From: Eledone cirrhosa
Taxonomy: Eukaryota
Reading direction: 5' to 3'
DNA length: 64,000 bases
NCBI GenBank assembly: GCA_964016885.1
Contig: OZ024740.1
Coordinates: forward strand, 156,240,001 to 156,304,000
The notes beneath the pieces are model-generated. The model did no database searches. It was not told where the DNA came from and was given only the letters and a program-made list of their open reading frames with translations. Position numbers and translations under genes: made by a program. Below, piece by piece: positions 1 through 12,939 of the stretch (position 1 is the stretch's first letter; every line of letters begins with the position of its first letter).

Positions 1-29
1 TAGCTGTTTTAGGTTATGTAACTGTTATA

Positions 30-47
30 GAAACACGTGTCAATAAA
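30..47 (+). ncRNA. 3' half of a minimal hammerhead ribozyme (PLE pLTR end), cut by the window start
   Basis: GAAAC-ACGT-GTC at 30-41 (palindromic stem III loop, GUC triplet), followed about 40 nt later by (TA)n. Confidence 0.55.
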
Positions 48-80
48 TTCCTTTCAACTAAACTGTATCCATTCAAATCT

Positions 81-136
<56 letters not shown>

Positions 137-210
137 CGATTGTGTTGTTATTTCTGTTTACCTTTTATATATATATATATACATAAATATATAAATATAT
201 ATATATATAT

Positions 211-705
211 AAATTAATAAAAACAATGAATAAAAACAAAGAAACAGTTCCTTATATTAAAAAATTCATCATTTTACGATCGTTTCTAGGATATATATGT
301 GTGTGTTGGTATGTATATCATATAGATCTATGTAAAAGTTTTACAAACTATCAGAGGGAATATACATACCTACACATATATATGCTGTCTTCAGAAATAA
401 TGCATATATATGTGTAGGTATGTATATTCTCTCTGATAGTTTGTAAAACTTTTACATAGATCTATATGATATACATACAAACACACACATATATATCCTA
501 GAAACGATCGTAAAATGATGAATTTTTTAATATAAGGAACTGTTTCTTTGTTTTTATTCATTGTTTTTATTAATTTATCTTGACTCTGCTTTCCTGTGTT
601 TTTCATCGAAAAAATTTTGAATACATCTTCTCTTTTCATGATATTTGGATTACATTGAGTTCTTCATACGGATTGGACACTACCGTATATTTTGGTAGAT
701 TTATC

Positions 706-708
<3 letters not shown>
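211..708. mobile_element. ORF-less fold-back PLE derivative (inverted pLTR pair plus tail) in (TA)n
   Basis: about 175 bp near-perfect inverted arms 211-385/402-576, a one-sided tail 577-708, and TA repeats on both flanks. Confidence 0.75.
268..401 (-). ncRNA. Type I hammerhead ribozyme with about 100 nt stem II
   Basis: minus strand ATTATTT-CTGAAGA-[long stem II, atatatatgtgt/acacatatatat]-GAAAC-GATC-GTA-AAATGAT; 7 bp stem I; base of stem II mismatched. Confidence 0.7.
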
Positions 709-791
<83 letters not shown>

Positions 792-910
792 TTTAATATA
801 TTTATGTATATATATATATGTATGTAAAAGGTAAACAGACATAACAACACAATCCGTACAGTATATGGAAAGTATATATTAGCTTAACGCTTGATATAGC
901 AGGAAGAGGG

Positions 911-946
911 TCTTAACGTTTCGGACGCTAGGCCTTCATCAGAAGA
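911..946 (-). ncRNA. Minimal hammerhead-like motif
   Basis: minus strand TCTT-CTGATGA-AGGCCTAGCGTCC-GAAACGTT-AAGA; stem III reduced to the AACGTT palindrome. Confidence 0.55.
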
Positions 947-989
947 AAGAATGGGAAATAAAATAGATTAAGGGGATGGGCGGGATGGA

Positions 990-1365
990 ATTGGAAAAAT
1001 GTCTTTAGATAAAAATGACAGCAGTCAAAACTCAGCACCTGTTTGAGCTACATGGCCTCCATCAAATCATCAAATTCATGATGAAGCTATGGTGGGAAAG
1101 TAGCCAAATCATTGACGTCCTGGAGCAAGTTTATGGGAACAATGCGCCAAAGAAATCAACAACCTACAAATGGATGTCGTTTTAGAAGTGAAAGAGATGA
1201 GCTGCTTTGACATGGATTAAATCGCATGATGGACTTAAAGGCTGGTATCAATGCTTAAAGAAAGTGTATTGACCTAGATGGAGCATATGTAGAAAATTAA
1301 ACATCATAACTTAAACCGTTTTTTCCAACTGTCCTTTTTCCTCGAATTTTTTGAAGCCCCTAGGT
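990..1365 (+). mobile_element. Internally deleted mariner transposon (Hsmar2/irritans-like)
   Basis: translates to IKFMMKLWWESSQIIDVLEQVYGNNAPKKSTTYKWM and, after a deletion, LKGWYQCLK..CIDLDGAYVEN*; right TIR-like GAATTTTTTGAAGCCCCTAGG followed by TA. Confidence 0.8.
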
Positions 1366-1439
1366 ATGTATATATATGTATATATTGTCTGGTACAGATC
1401 ACCACAACACAGTTGAAGGGTTATCCTTTTGATAAATAA

Positions 1440-1522
<83 letters not shown>

Positions 1523-1680
1523 AATACTATTGCCAGAAATAATAACAGAACACACTCACTGTTTGGTTGGTTTTCGCTTCTGTATCTTCTATGTCTCCAT
1601 GGTTAATTCAATTGGCCATCAATGTTTATCATTAACTGACCAACGGTCAAAAATATATATATAAATATATATATATAGTC

Positions 1681-1727
1681 TAACAAAGTTCTTTCGTTCC
1701 ACATCTGCAACATCATCAGTGGTACTA
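1681..1727 (-). ncRNA. Degenerate hammerhead motif
   Basis: minus strand TACCA-CTGATGA-TGTTGCAGATGTGGAAC-GAAAGAACTT-TGTTA; stems imperfect. Confidence 0.4.
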
Positions 1728-2211
1728 TTATCATATTCCCCCTACTGTATTGTATTGTATTGTAATGTCTACGCCATTATATATATATATATATATATAT
1801 ATACTGTTGAGTTTTTTCGTAATGTTTTGACTGGTGTTTCTTGTAAACAGATTTTCATCTCATCCCGGAATCACTAGCGTGTGTCCACGTGTGTTTTGTT
1901 ATTTCAACTCTACAGGCTGTTCGCTTGCCTGCTTTTAATTCCCCTCCGGCATTTTAGCAGTATGATTTAGTTAACGCGTTGAGCACTACCAAACGTGACT
2001 AACCCCACTGAAAAGTTTCGTGAAATAGTAGTATTTTAAGACTATATAGTGCATTTGTAGTTTTCCCAAAATTGACGGTTAAGTGTTTTTTCTTGATTAT
2101 AAGATTGTATTACTTATCCCAAATCTTACGTTAAAAATTTTTCATCTTGATGTTATAGTCACTTATATGTCTGAATTATTGTTGGCCTTTTGCTTACATT
2201 AATTTCTCTAT

Positions 2212-2294
<83 letters not shown>

Positions 2295-2392
2295 GTGTTC
2301 TCTCCGACATAGCTATTTACATATATGTATATATGTATCTCTATATCTAGTGATATACGGTATGTTTATAAATATCACTAGAAAGCCTTAGC

Positions 2393-2611
2393 TATGAATT
2401 TTGAAAGCTGATAGCTAGCACCACCAGGTGGATTCCAGCAAAAGCAAGCGTGGGTAATCTGCCGGCAGATGATTGTTTCTGACTGATGGTCGTTATCAAG
2501 ACAACGCCCCCCTCCCTGCTCTCTGCTGGAATCCAACGTAGGCAGATTACCCGCCCCTGATTTTGCTGGAATCCACCTGATGGCGTTAGCTATCAGCTTC
2601 CAAAATTCATA
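2393..2611. repeat. Imperfect inverted repeat (fold-back element)
   Basis: arms 2393-2463 and 2541-2611 are reverse complements with several mismatches. Confidence 0.7.
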
Positions 2612-3789
2612 AACATAAAAATACATACACATACATATATACACATTAAGAAAAAATCTATGAAGTTTGTTTTTATTGATTATCGACCTGTTATTCACGT
2701 CGCACAGATGATTGAATGAAGGCCTCCAATGAATTTTATGGAACTGACTCCAGCATCCATATACTCATTAGACCTAGTGATTCAACAACAACAAAAAACA
2801 AAAAAAAACAAAACAAAAAAAAACAGAGTATGTTTGAGGTGATCGGCAAAGTGTTGCATATATATAATTTTCGACGCTTTTGCGTGTATGTGTATATATG
2901 TAAGTGTTTGGGTGTGTAGGTATATTCATTTTTATGTGTGCGTGTGAGTATATGTGTTTATGCCCGTGTGTTCTGTTGCGTGTATATATGTATGTGTGTG
3001 TGTGTGTGTGTGTGTGTGCTTGTGGGGATGTGTGAGGACCGGAAGGGGTTGGTTAGTAAACTGTATGGCTTCCGGAATCGTTCACAGTTGCACAATGTAT
3101 GTTGAAAACATCAGAGCAACGGGAACGGGCATACAATCCCGTTTCCATAACCATATCAGCTCCTTCAAATATAGACACAAAGATTTCCAACCAATCTGAC
3201 GAAATGAGAGTGGCGCCTTAATGACTACATAAACTTCAGAATGAAATGGGAAACTCTTTAGCGCGCACCTCCGTAAACGCTAGGAGGTAGGCTATACCGG
3301 CTTTGCCTTTCGAAATCAGTGGGTATGATCAAACTAAAACATCACAGGATCAACTGTATGTTCCAGCGAGTACACCTATTTACAAGGTACGTAGCTCCAC
3401 GGACCCCGAATAACGCAGATACTTAGGAAAAGGAGAGGCCACTCACAGGACTTTGTCAGTATTACACAACAGAAGCAATCGGCAAACGTACTTCTTCATA
3501 CGAACATTTTCTGTACATTTTCTGTCTGTAGATCTATCTTTATTTGTATGTGTATATATACGTGTATGTATATATGTGTATGTATATATATATATATGTG
3601 TGTGTGTGCGCGCATGTCCATGTGTGCGTGTGTGTATGTGAATATATGCATGCGTTTTTGTATATGTGTGTACGTGTGCATCTATGTGTATGACATTTTA
3701 TTGATCAGTCTATATTTTAGCTATTATCCTTTTTCCAGTAAAATTATCAATAAAGACAGCCGAATGTACATGTATGTTCATATACCTCC

Positions 3790-4415
3790 TCACTGCTATC
3801 GTGGACATTATTTTCATTGAAGACCCGGATTAACTTTTTCAAATTTAATTTGAAAAGGAAAATCAGGGTGGAGATGGAAGTGTTCCCTTCCCAGCAATTT
3901 GTTGAAAGATGAGTGAGAGAGGCAAACATGGTCCGAGTGAGTGGGCCTGCTCTGAGTATGCACCTGTAGATTGGAAGTGGAGAATTGGGAGAGGGCACTT
4001 GTCCTGGTGGTCAGAGTCATCGAGGTTTTTTGTGGGGTTTCTCCACGAGTGACCCTCGGAAGCCCCCCCCCTTTTTAGGGAATTTTCCTTTGTTTCATTT
4101 TTTTTGTTACTTCCTTTATTATTCTTCTTCTTTACACACAGAAATGCTCATTTGTACCGTCCTGTACTGTCCTTAATGTTATACTTTATGTCAACCCTTG
4201 TGGTTGTCGCTGCCGTTATTGTTTTTTTATTAGGGCTTTCTCCACGATGGCTCTCGGAATTCTCCCCCTCCCCTATTGGGGAATTTTTCATTGTTCTTTT
4301 TTGTTACATCCTCTGTTTTTGTTTTTTTTACACGCAGAAATGCCCATTTGTACCGTCCTGTATTGTCCTGTACTGTCCTTAATGTCTTACTTTGTGTAAA
4401 CCCTTGTGGTTAATA
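3790..4415 (+). mobile_element. Tx1/L1-like LINE 3' end with internally duplicated 3' UTR
   Basis: similar to 59930-60310 (AAAATCAGGGTGGAGATGGAAGTG...ATGGTCCGAGTGAGTGGGCC), ends CCCTTGTGGTTAATAAAGAAA; UTR block present twice. Confidence 0.7.
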
Positions 4416-4511
4416 AAGAAAGCATTATTATATTATTACTATCATTATTGTTATTAGTAATATTATTAATACTAATTATTATCCTTATTAGTATTACTAT
4501 ATTTTATGTAG

Positions 4512-4745
4512 GTGGGGTGGAGCACCTGCGGAATTACCTCAAGAACAGCAATGACAATGATATCGAAAGCGAAAGCCGACTAATGTGGGCACTTTTCGTG
4601 CGACATGTCTTTCCGCAGCTCGTTTCCTTGACTGAGCAACAGTCGTGGGTGAAGTGCAGACCAAGGTTGAGCGACGGTTGGCTAGAATGTTGTCAGCCGC
4701 ACACAACAGTCTACTAACTGAACAACACGATATAAACAATACTTG
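4512..4745 (+). mobile_element. Tx1/L1-like ORF2 fragment
   Basis: WALFVRHVFPQLVSLTEQQSWVKCRPR matches WAPFVRRAFSQLVSLTELQSWVKQRPR in the 60843-62261 ORF. Confidence 0.7.
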
Positions 4746-4970
4746 CGTTCTATAGCGAGTTAGTAGAAGGCGTGAGTTATGATAGGCTGGGATCGTTTCT
4801 GGGTGTTTTCTGTAGGACTTCTGTGAGAAACTGGTTCTTGTTGACATACGTTATTATTTCCATTATTGTTATCCCTATTCTTTTCTCTTCACAGATGTCC
4901 TCTTTCTTTCACTCAATGTAAAACTCATTATGTTGTATTATTTTGTCTTTGTATCGGTGTCCTTGTATAG

Positions 4971-5160
4971 GGCGGTGAATTGGCAGTATCGGTAGAGGGT
5001 CGGATTATGCTTTCCAGCATAGTTACGTCCCTTTACGATCTGAGTTCAATTCCCACCGAGGTTAACTTTGCCTTTCATCCTTACGGGGTCGATAAAATAA
5101 AGTACCAGTAATGTACTGGAATAATTGCTGGCCTTGTGCCAAAAAGTAGAAACAATTATT
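4971..5160 (+). mobile_element. tRNA-derived SINE
   Basis: A-box-like TGGCAGTATCGGTAG, B-box-like GAGTTCAATTCCC, conserved GCCTTTCATCCTTACGGGGTCGATAAAATAAAGTACCAG; many copies in the window. Confidence 0.85.
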
Positions 5161-5223
5161 TTGTCTTTGTATCATCTCTAATATCTTGGGCCCTTGTAGA
5201 CATATGTATACACACACACACAC

Positions 5224-5268
<45 letters not shown>

Positions 5269-5294
5269 GAGAGAGAGAGAGAGGGGGATAAAGA

Positions 5295-5640
5295 GAGAGA
5301 AAGAGAGTTAGTTCCATCACAAAATAGACAACCTTACGCGAGGACGCGCGTTTCACCGGATTGATTATTCAACCCGTGTATGGCTGCGAAGAGAACGAAA
5401 ATTGTCTTCCCTACAACAGTCAAATTTGAATTATCTCCCTTGTCATCAAACTACCGACATCTACCGCGCAGATCCAGTCAGCTCATATATACTTATTCTT
5501 ATCACAGCCATACCTGGGTTGAAAATCCGTCAGGCGAAAGGTGCGTCCTATGGTTTGCTAATTTGTTGTGGATCTAATTCTATACCAAACTCGTCCTTTG
5601 GACTGAGTGCTCTAACAACTACAGATATAACTGCCCGTTT
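5295..5640. mobile_element. PLE pLTR-end fragments (inverted HHR 3' half plus tail)
   Basis: minus-strand GAAACGCGCGTC at 5343-5354; tail 5570-5640 related to 34225-34295, 40905-40985, 42800-42875 and 57541-57609. Confidence 0.55.
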
Positions 5641-5961
5641 TATATATATATATATATATATATATAGTTCAAGAGTAATCAATCTTAAAGAGAGAGATGG
5701 AGATAGGAGAGGACATGGGAGAGGAGAAGAGAGATTGTTGAATTAGTTTGAGGCCAAAGCGTAAAGGCATGTGCTCAATGTGCAATATACAGTGGAAGGC
5801 GGCTAGGTGGCTGGGTTCATGCAGAAGTTAGGTGCACAGAGCTGGAAATATTCATTAGTAAAGCAAAACAAGACCACAAATTTCACAAGGAAGACATTAT
5901 TAAAAGATTGTCAACATAGTTTTAGTTTAATGTAAGGAATGTAGAGAATAATAATAATAAT

Positions 5962-6139
5962 AATTGTTTCTACTTTATACACAAGGCCAGCAATTACCCA
6001 GTGCATTACTGGTACTTTATTTTATAGACCCCGTAAGGATGAAAGGCAAGGTCAAGCTCGGCGGGATTTGAACTCAGATCGTAAAGGGACGTAACTATGC
6101 TGGAAAGCATGGCGTCCGACCCTCTACCGATACTGCCAT
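5962..6139 (-). mobile_element. tRNA-derived SINE
   Basis: reverse complement of the 4971-5160 family. Confidence 0.85.
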
Positions 6140-6379
6140 AATAATGTCCGTTTACAATTGTTTCGCTACTCCATATAATGTTTCTGGATCAAATGATTAT
6201 AGATCATTATTGATCTGGTTCAGTTGAAGATAATTAACTTAGGTAAAATTAGAGCAGCTCATCGGAACTTCAAAAGGAATATAAATTAAAATAAAGAAAG
6301 AATGTTACATGAATGTAATGTTCCATATTTCACTATGGTGTCGTGGGTATATCGATTGTCTGCCATAGTCGAGCAATAT

Positions 6380-7686
6380 TCTGTACGTTACCCTAGATCT
6401 TAACAATAACTTATATTACCCTTATCATAAACCAGGTGAAATACTTACATATATTAGCCCACCGGCAGTCATCAGAACAGTAATCAAATCTATCTCGTAT
6501 AGGATCTCCATGCTATCAGCAAATGAGGAGATATTTATAAACAATGCGGCATATTATAATAAGGCTCTTTCTGAATCTTGTTATGAACAGTCCATTTACT
6601 ACATACCTAAATGCCATAAGAGAGCACTTCACCACAACCATAATAAACTTAACACTAGAACTAGAAATACCTTAGCATATAGCCAGATTCGCCGGAATTT
6701 TAGCAGTAACAGCACCTATACAGGGAACCTTAATGGTGGCAGTGGCCTACTTCCCACTCCAAGTAGAAAACTAAAAATCAACCCTAGAATAGGAATGAGC
6801 AATGGGATGACAAATAATAAATGCCCAGGTAATAATAACCCTATGAAGGCCCCCGCCATCTCCACTAGAACCCCTAGAAGGAATAGGCCCAGAAACATAA
6901 CCTGGCTTAACCCCCTATTCTCATCTAACTTAGCCACTAATATCCCTAAACGCTTCTTCTCTAGCCTATCTAAACATTTCCCCACCAACCATAGATATTA
7001 CAAACTCTTTAATAAAAACAACATTAAAATCTCATTCTCCACAACACCTAACCTAGCTAGCCACATCGCATTCAGTAACCATCATAAACTAAGACAGTAT
7101 AACTCCCACACCGCGGTACCCCCACCCCCATCAAATACACCACGCCACTACACCAATACTTACTCTAGTAGCACACCTCCCCCATCTAATCCTTCTAGCG
7201 CGCACCAACTGCATAGTTTAAACAACCGTACTCTCACTAACCGCAGAAGTAACTGCAACTGCCGTTACCCTAATGCATGCCCACTAAATGGACAATGCCT
7301 GACACCCAATATAGTTTATAGGTGCACAGTTAAAACTGCTTCGAATACCAGCTCCTATATTGGCTCTACCTCTAACCCTTTTAAGGTACGCTATAACGCC
7401 GACTCTTTTTCCTTCCGAGACCCTAACAATAGATGTTCGACATCTCTAACTAGGCTCATTAAAAACCTTAAATTAACCAACATTGAACACTCACTAACAT
7501 GGGATATCTTGGTTAGCGCCCAACCGTTCAATGGACGAAGAAACACTTGTGACCTCTGCCTTACCGAAGCATATTACAATAACTCTATCACGACCTCTAC
7601 CGATTAATGATAGAACGGAAGTAACCATTAGCTGTCAACATCGAAGGGCTAATTCCTTCGCCAACAGAATATTTGACCCAACATAG
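6380..7686 (+). pseudogene. PLE RT thumb + GIY-YIG endonuclease (truncated, frameshifted; includes ORF 6510-7607)
   Basis: PYHKP, RNITWLNPLFS, CNCRYPNACPL (CxCx5C), IVYRC...YIGST..FKVRY, CDLCLTE; homologous to 46612-48744. Confidence 0.9.
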
Positions 7687-8078
7687 TCATCTAGTCCCAT
7701 TTTTACTTATAGTTAATACGTTAAATAGTTATAGCTACTTAGATAATTATAAGTTACCTCCCTTACATTGTCTCTCAATTACATTGTCTCTCAATTAAAA
7801 AAAATTAGCACTTCTTAACTATAAAATACCCACAATTTCTAATTTCTCGAGGAGTTACTTCCCCTGAAACCACCCTCTAATTAGTAAGGTAAATATGTCC
7901 ATAGGCGGCCATCTTGTTATCCATAGGCAAATCTCACACAATACAGCCTCGACAGAAGAATATTGCTCGATTATGGCAGACAATAGATATACCCAGGACA
8001 CCATAGTGAAATACCAATATATGGAACATTACATTCATGTAACATTCTTTCTTTATTTTAATTTATATTCCTTTTGAA

Positions 8079-8197
8079 GTTCCGATGAGCTGCTCTAATT
8101 TTACCTAAGTTAATTATCTTCAACTGAACCAGATCAATAATGATCTATAATCATTTGATCCAGAAACATTATATGGAGTAGCGAAACAATTGTAAGC
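8079..8197 (+). ncRNA. Hammerhead-like motif with CCGAUGA core and long stem II insertion (inverted copy about 6148-6270)
   Basis: CCGATGA-GCTGCTC...GAGTAGC-GAAAC-AATT-GTA; stem I weak. Confidence 0.5.
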
Positions 8198-8218
8198 GGA
8201 CATTATTAATATTATTAA

Positions 8219-8612
8219 TTGTTTTAGTTTAATGTAAGGAAAGTAGAGAATAATAATAATAATAATTGTTTCTACTTTTGGCACAAGGCCAGCAATTACC
8301 TAGTGCATTACTGGTACTTTATTTTATCGACCCCGTAAGGATGAAAGGCAAAGTTTACCTCGGCAGGATTTGAACTCAGATCAGAAAGGGGCGTAACTCT
8401 GTGCTGCAGGACAACATGCTTTGACTTGGCCTTTCATCCTTACGGGGTCGATAAAATAAAGTACCAGTAATGCACTGGGTAATTGCTGGCCTTGTGCCTA
8501 AAGTAGAAACAATTATTATTCTTATTCTCTACATTCCTTACATTAAACTAAAACAATGTTGACAATCTTTTAATATCTTCCTTGTGAAATTTGTGGTCTT
8601 GTTTTGCTTAAC

Positions 8613-8614
<2 letters not shown>
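8219..8614. repeat. Inverted pair of SINE copies carrying the same 3' flank as 5856-5960
   Basis: 8219-8400 is a direct copy of 5918-6097; 8421-8614 is an inverted copy of 5856-6055. Confidence 0.8.
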
Positions 8615-8671
<57 letters not shown>

Positions 8672-8992
8672 TTGATGTTTCTATTTCAATGCGCACCTTC
8701 CTACCCCAATATAATTGTATGGATACACACTAATGTATGTATATATGTATGTATGTATGTATGTATGTTCTTCTGGTTTTATAATTTCACACATTTTTTC
8801 CCAATAGAGAGAGAGTCGGTTTCTAACATAGACACAAGACTCTCTCATTGGAATTTACACAACATCAACTAGGTAGATATGTATGTATGCATGCATGTGC
8901 AGTTATGGATGTTATTGTGTGGATGTGTATATTTTGAGTTGTATGTGTGCATGTGTATATGCTTTGTATCTGTACATGTGTATATGCAGTTA

Positions 8993-9412
8993 TTAGATGC
9001 AACATTTTTGGAATGTTTTACATATTTTTACTGTTCCATTAATGGATTGTACTTGTGATTTCCTAACTAGTTGTGTTCTTTCTGTTCCTGTGAAGCCTAG
9101 CTTCTCAAGATTTGTATTGAGGCAGTTACTAACATTCCTCAGTACCCCAATAATCACAGGCATAAATCTGAATGTGTAATCAGGGTGGAGTATCTGCAGA
9201 TTTCTCATTAGTTCTGCATAAATATTCTCCTTTTCAATAATCCTTGATATTATATTGGCATCTACTGGGCAGCTAATTTCCACTACTGTGCATGCCTTCT
9301 TTTCCTTGTCCCATATCATAATATCTGGTCTGTTATGCCTGCATTTTATTGGGGGTTTTACTGGAACATTCCACCAGTACTCTTTCATATTATGTACATG
9401 GATGTCTTGCAC
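8993..9412 (-). pseudogene. Restriction-like (PD-(D/E)xK) endonuclease fragment
   Basis: NRPDIMIWDKEKKACTVVEISCP...EKENIY. Confidence 0.85.
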
Positions 9413-9756
9413 ATTACTGTAGCTTTTGATGTGTTTATTATCGGGGCTATTTTTTTACGAACTGCATTGTACAGTGTTTTGGCCACTACATCATGCCTCA
9501 TAGGTAGATAGAACCGCGATAACATCTTTGGACAGCTGCTGATGGCATAGGTGATATCCTCGATGTTAGTTCTGCAGAGTTTGCACTTGTTATCACATCT
9601 AGGTGTTTTGCCTGCATCCCTATCTCTTTTGTGAATCAGGTATTTCGTGTTAATCTCCTGTTCTTGGATTGCAAAAGCGTATCCTTCAAAGTGGGAGCCA
9701 ATATAGCTGTTGTTGGTCCAAGATAGACTACTTTCCTTATCTATATTACTCTCATT

Positions 9757-10926
9757 CTAGAGCTTCCTGGCAACATATCTATGCATGATTTTTTGCTGAT
9801 GAGCATGCAGTTTTTCATCCATGGATTCACTGCGATACTGCTGAGCGACTTCCCTGGGAGTGAGTTTTTGATTATCACACAGGGAATATCTCTCGAGGAT
9901 TTCCTTCCCAACTCTCATTATCTTATCTGTTTCATGCAAATAGACTTGCTCGAGAAACGGGCTCTTACGCTTCGAGGTTCGTAGATGTTGTCGGAGATAT
10001 ATGATGCGACATTCAAATGTTGTCTGGACTGATGTTAGGCCTCTGCCTCCCTGCTTACATTTCAAGTAAAGGCGGTCTATGTCACTGTTGATGTGGAAGT
10101 TTCCGGTGTTGTTTAGTATTTTTCGAGTTCCAACATCAACTGCTCGGATTTCGTCTATCGTCCAATTGAGTATTCCAAACGTTGGTGTTAGGACAGGCAC
10201 AGCAAACACATTGTGAGCCACTGTTTTGTTTTGTGCAGAGAGTTCCGATGACCAGATCTTTCTTAATCGGGTGTAGTATTCCCTGGTTACGCGTTCTTTA
10301 TTACAGATACCATTATAGAATATGTTCTCATATATCACCAGGCATCTGTAGCAGTCCTCATCAGATATCGGTGAAACAGTTAGGCCATTGATGACGATGC
10401 TGCTAGATTGGGTTGTTATTTTTCCCCGCTTTACAGTCATGTATGAGCATTTTTCTTGGCCAAACTCCATTCCTATATCCTTTGAAAACGTTGTAAGCAG
10501 GTCAAGATTTTTCTTCATCCCATCCATGTTCTTGGCATAGAGTTTCAGGTCGTCCACAAAGAAATTATGGGTTAGGTTCGTATTTCTGTCCTCCTGTGAG
10601 CCAATGATGTATCCCTCACATTTCTTGAGCAGAAAGGACAAGGGGTTTAATGACATGATGAATAATATCACAGAGAGACTGTCCCCCTGAAATATACCCC
10701 TGCAATATTTTATTTTATCAGTGAAAATATAGTTCTCCCTCTCTGTCTTTAACCTTAGGATAGTAGCCCAAGAAGAAGACAGCCTCTCTATGGCTCTGAC
10801 AATGTCTGGGATTTTAGCAAGTTGGAGGACCTCTATCATCCAAGAGTGGGGAACAGAATCGAAAGCTTTCCTGTACTCCAACCAGACTGTAGCCATATTC
10901 CTCCTAAGTTGTCGCACCTCCGACAT
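9757..10926 (-). pseudogene. Reverse transcriptase fragment of the R4/Dong element
   Basis: 389 aa ORF with QGDSLS and FVDD motifs. Confidence 0.9.
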
Positions 10927-12939
10927 CGCAGTTTTGTTGATTAGGAGTTGTTCAGCACATCCCTAAACCCCTTTCCTTCCAGCTGCTTGTTCATCTGTGA
11001 TGATGTTATTATTTTCACATTGATCTTGGAGGAATAGGTTCAGACAGGCTGTATACAGCTTATACATCAGGTTCTGGCATGCAATGGGTCGGTAGTTTTT
11101 TGCCAAGTGGGTGTCCATGTTTGTGCTAATGTCAACCATTCTGGTATAAGTGTATCTCCCTTAAGAACTTGTTGGTAGAGGTCAGTAAGATACCTCCGAT
11201 AGAATATCAGATTTTTGTACCAGTAGCCGACAATCATCTCTCTTCCTGGTGTTTTCTCATCTTGGAGTTTTCCTATCACAGTCTCAAGGGTACCCTCACT
11301 TATTTCGTATGCTTTTGTTGTAGTGTAGGAGCAATAGTTCTTTCGGATTTCTCTCAGCCACACTGCATCTTGGTTGAAATTCTTCTTTTCACCCCATATT
11401 TTGCTCCAAAAGGAATCTATGTCTTTCTGAATGGGGCCTCAGTGACACTTATTAATTTGTCCTTCATATCTCTATAGACTGATGTTTGGTTTCGTCTGAA
11501 TCTTTTATTAAGCACTTTTCTCTCATCTACCTTCTTCAGGTATCGGCGTTTTTCGCTAACAGCTCTCAATTCTTGTTTGAGGGTGATCAGCTTATATTGG
11601 AGAGTTCTGGTTCTACTGTTACCAAACATCGTCTCTATTTTATTTTTAACTCTTTGTTGGTGAGGAGTGAGGTTTTTGTGTGTTTGTTTGCATGTAAGGA
11701 GCATTGTCACATATCCTATGTTTTTTCGAAGGTCAGTAATCTTTTTTTCTATTTTAGTTATATATGATGGTATTTTTGGTGGTGTTCTGTTCTCGTTAAT
11801 ATCTCTGCTATCAGCAAGATAATGCTTCACTGTCGTTGCTAAGGCATATAAACAGGCGTTGATTTGCCAAAATGTTGGGCTTTTTATCCGTCGTAAATAT
11901 TCATCCCCTATTTCGTCAATAACACGTAATATTTCATTATTTGCTTTTTTATTAAACATTGTCGTTTTAATACGTTCAGCAAGAGATATATTTATACATG
12001 AATTAATTTATCTCTGGAAGATTTGGTTGAGCGAACATTTCAATTGTTTATATTTTTGATTATTATCATTATCGGTAGTATTTTCCACAACAGTCGGGGT
12101 ACACGTGGTGTCACATTTATTCGATTATTATTATTATTTCTACGATTATTATTATTATCGATAGTGTTTTCCCCAGCATTCGGCGTAGACTTAGATGGTA
12201 CAGGTGGTGTCAAGTTTCTTACAAGCATAGTTGTTTCAAGGCGCTGTTCGAACTGGCTGCTAGGAAGTCTAGTAGCATGGCGACCTGTAGCACGTGTTGT
12301 TGATAACATGTTTGTTGTGGGGGACTTAGAATTAATAATATTTATGTTATTTTTACGTTCAACAAACGTCGCTTGCTGGCGTAATTGTTTCGCTGTGAGA
12401 TAATTTAGCTCTGGGTGTATTTCGTCCCAGTGTAGCTTCATTCTGTTCATATAGCCAATGGAGGGATTGTTTTTTTGCCATTTTATAACAATTAAATAAA
12501 TCATTATTAAGTTCGCAACTCCAAGGGAAATGCGATTTATGATTTCGGTTTCTTCTGTAGCTACAACTGAATAAAGTTTGTTTACCTTCCTTGTTATTTG
12601 TCTTCGGTACTTCCTTAATTTTATTGTTAATGTTGTGTACTGCCATGCTGTTTGTAGCAAATCCTTGTAAAATGAATTATGTATTTAGTCGGATATCTCT
12701 ACGAATTCGAATAAAAGGTGTCTTCAGAAGATATAGTTAGAAGAATAACCAGTTATTCAACATGACTGTAGTTGTGGCATTACTGTCGGAGATAGTATTC
12801 ATCTTAAATTTAATAAATAGTCTCCCACGCCAAAATATGCGACTGATCGCGTCGACTATGTATGTATGTATGTATGTATGTATGTATGTATGTATGTATG
12901 TATGTATGTATGTATGTATGTATGTATGTATGTATGTAT

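Larger units (their letters stand above)
6141..8207 (+). mobile_element. 5'-truncated Penelope-like element with inverted pLTR
   Basis: about 190 bp inverted repeats 6141-6328/8019-8206 flank RT-thumb and GIY-YIG coding sequence. Confidence 0.9.
8990..12857 (-). mobile_element. Near full-length decayed R4/Dong-clade non-LTR retrotransposon (RT + restriction-like endonuclease)
   Basis: N-terminal GYMNRMKLHWDEIHP; RT motifs RKAFDSVPH, GIFQGDSLS, FFVDDLKLY; CKLC knuckle and RHD near 9430-9590; RPDIMIWD..VEISCP endonuclease; several frameshifts; 5' end abuts (TATG)n. Confidence 0.88.
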
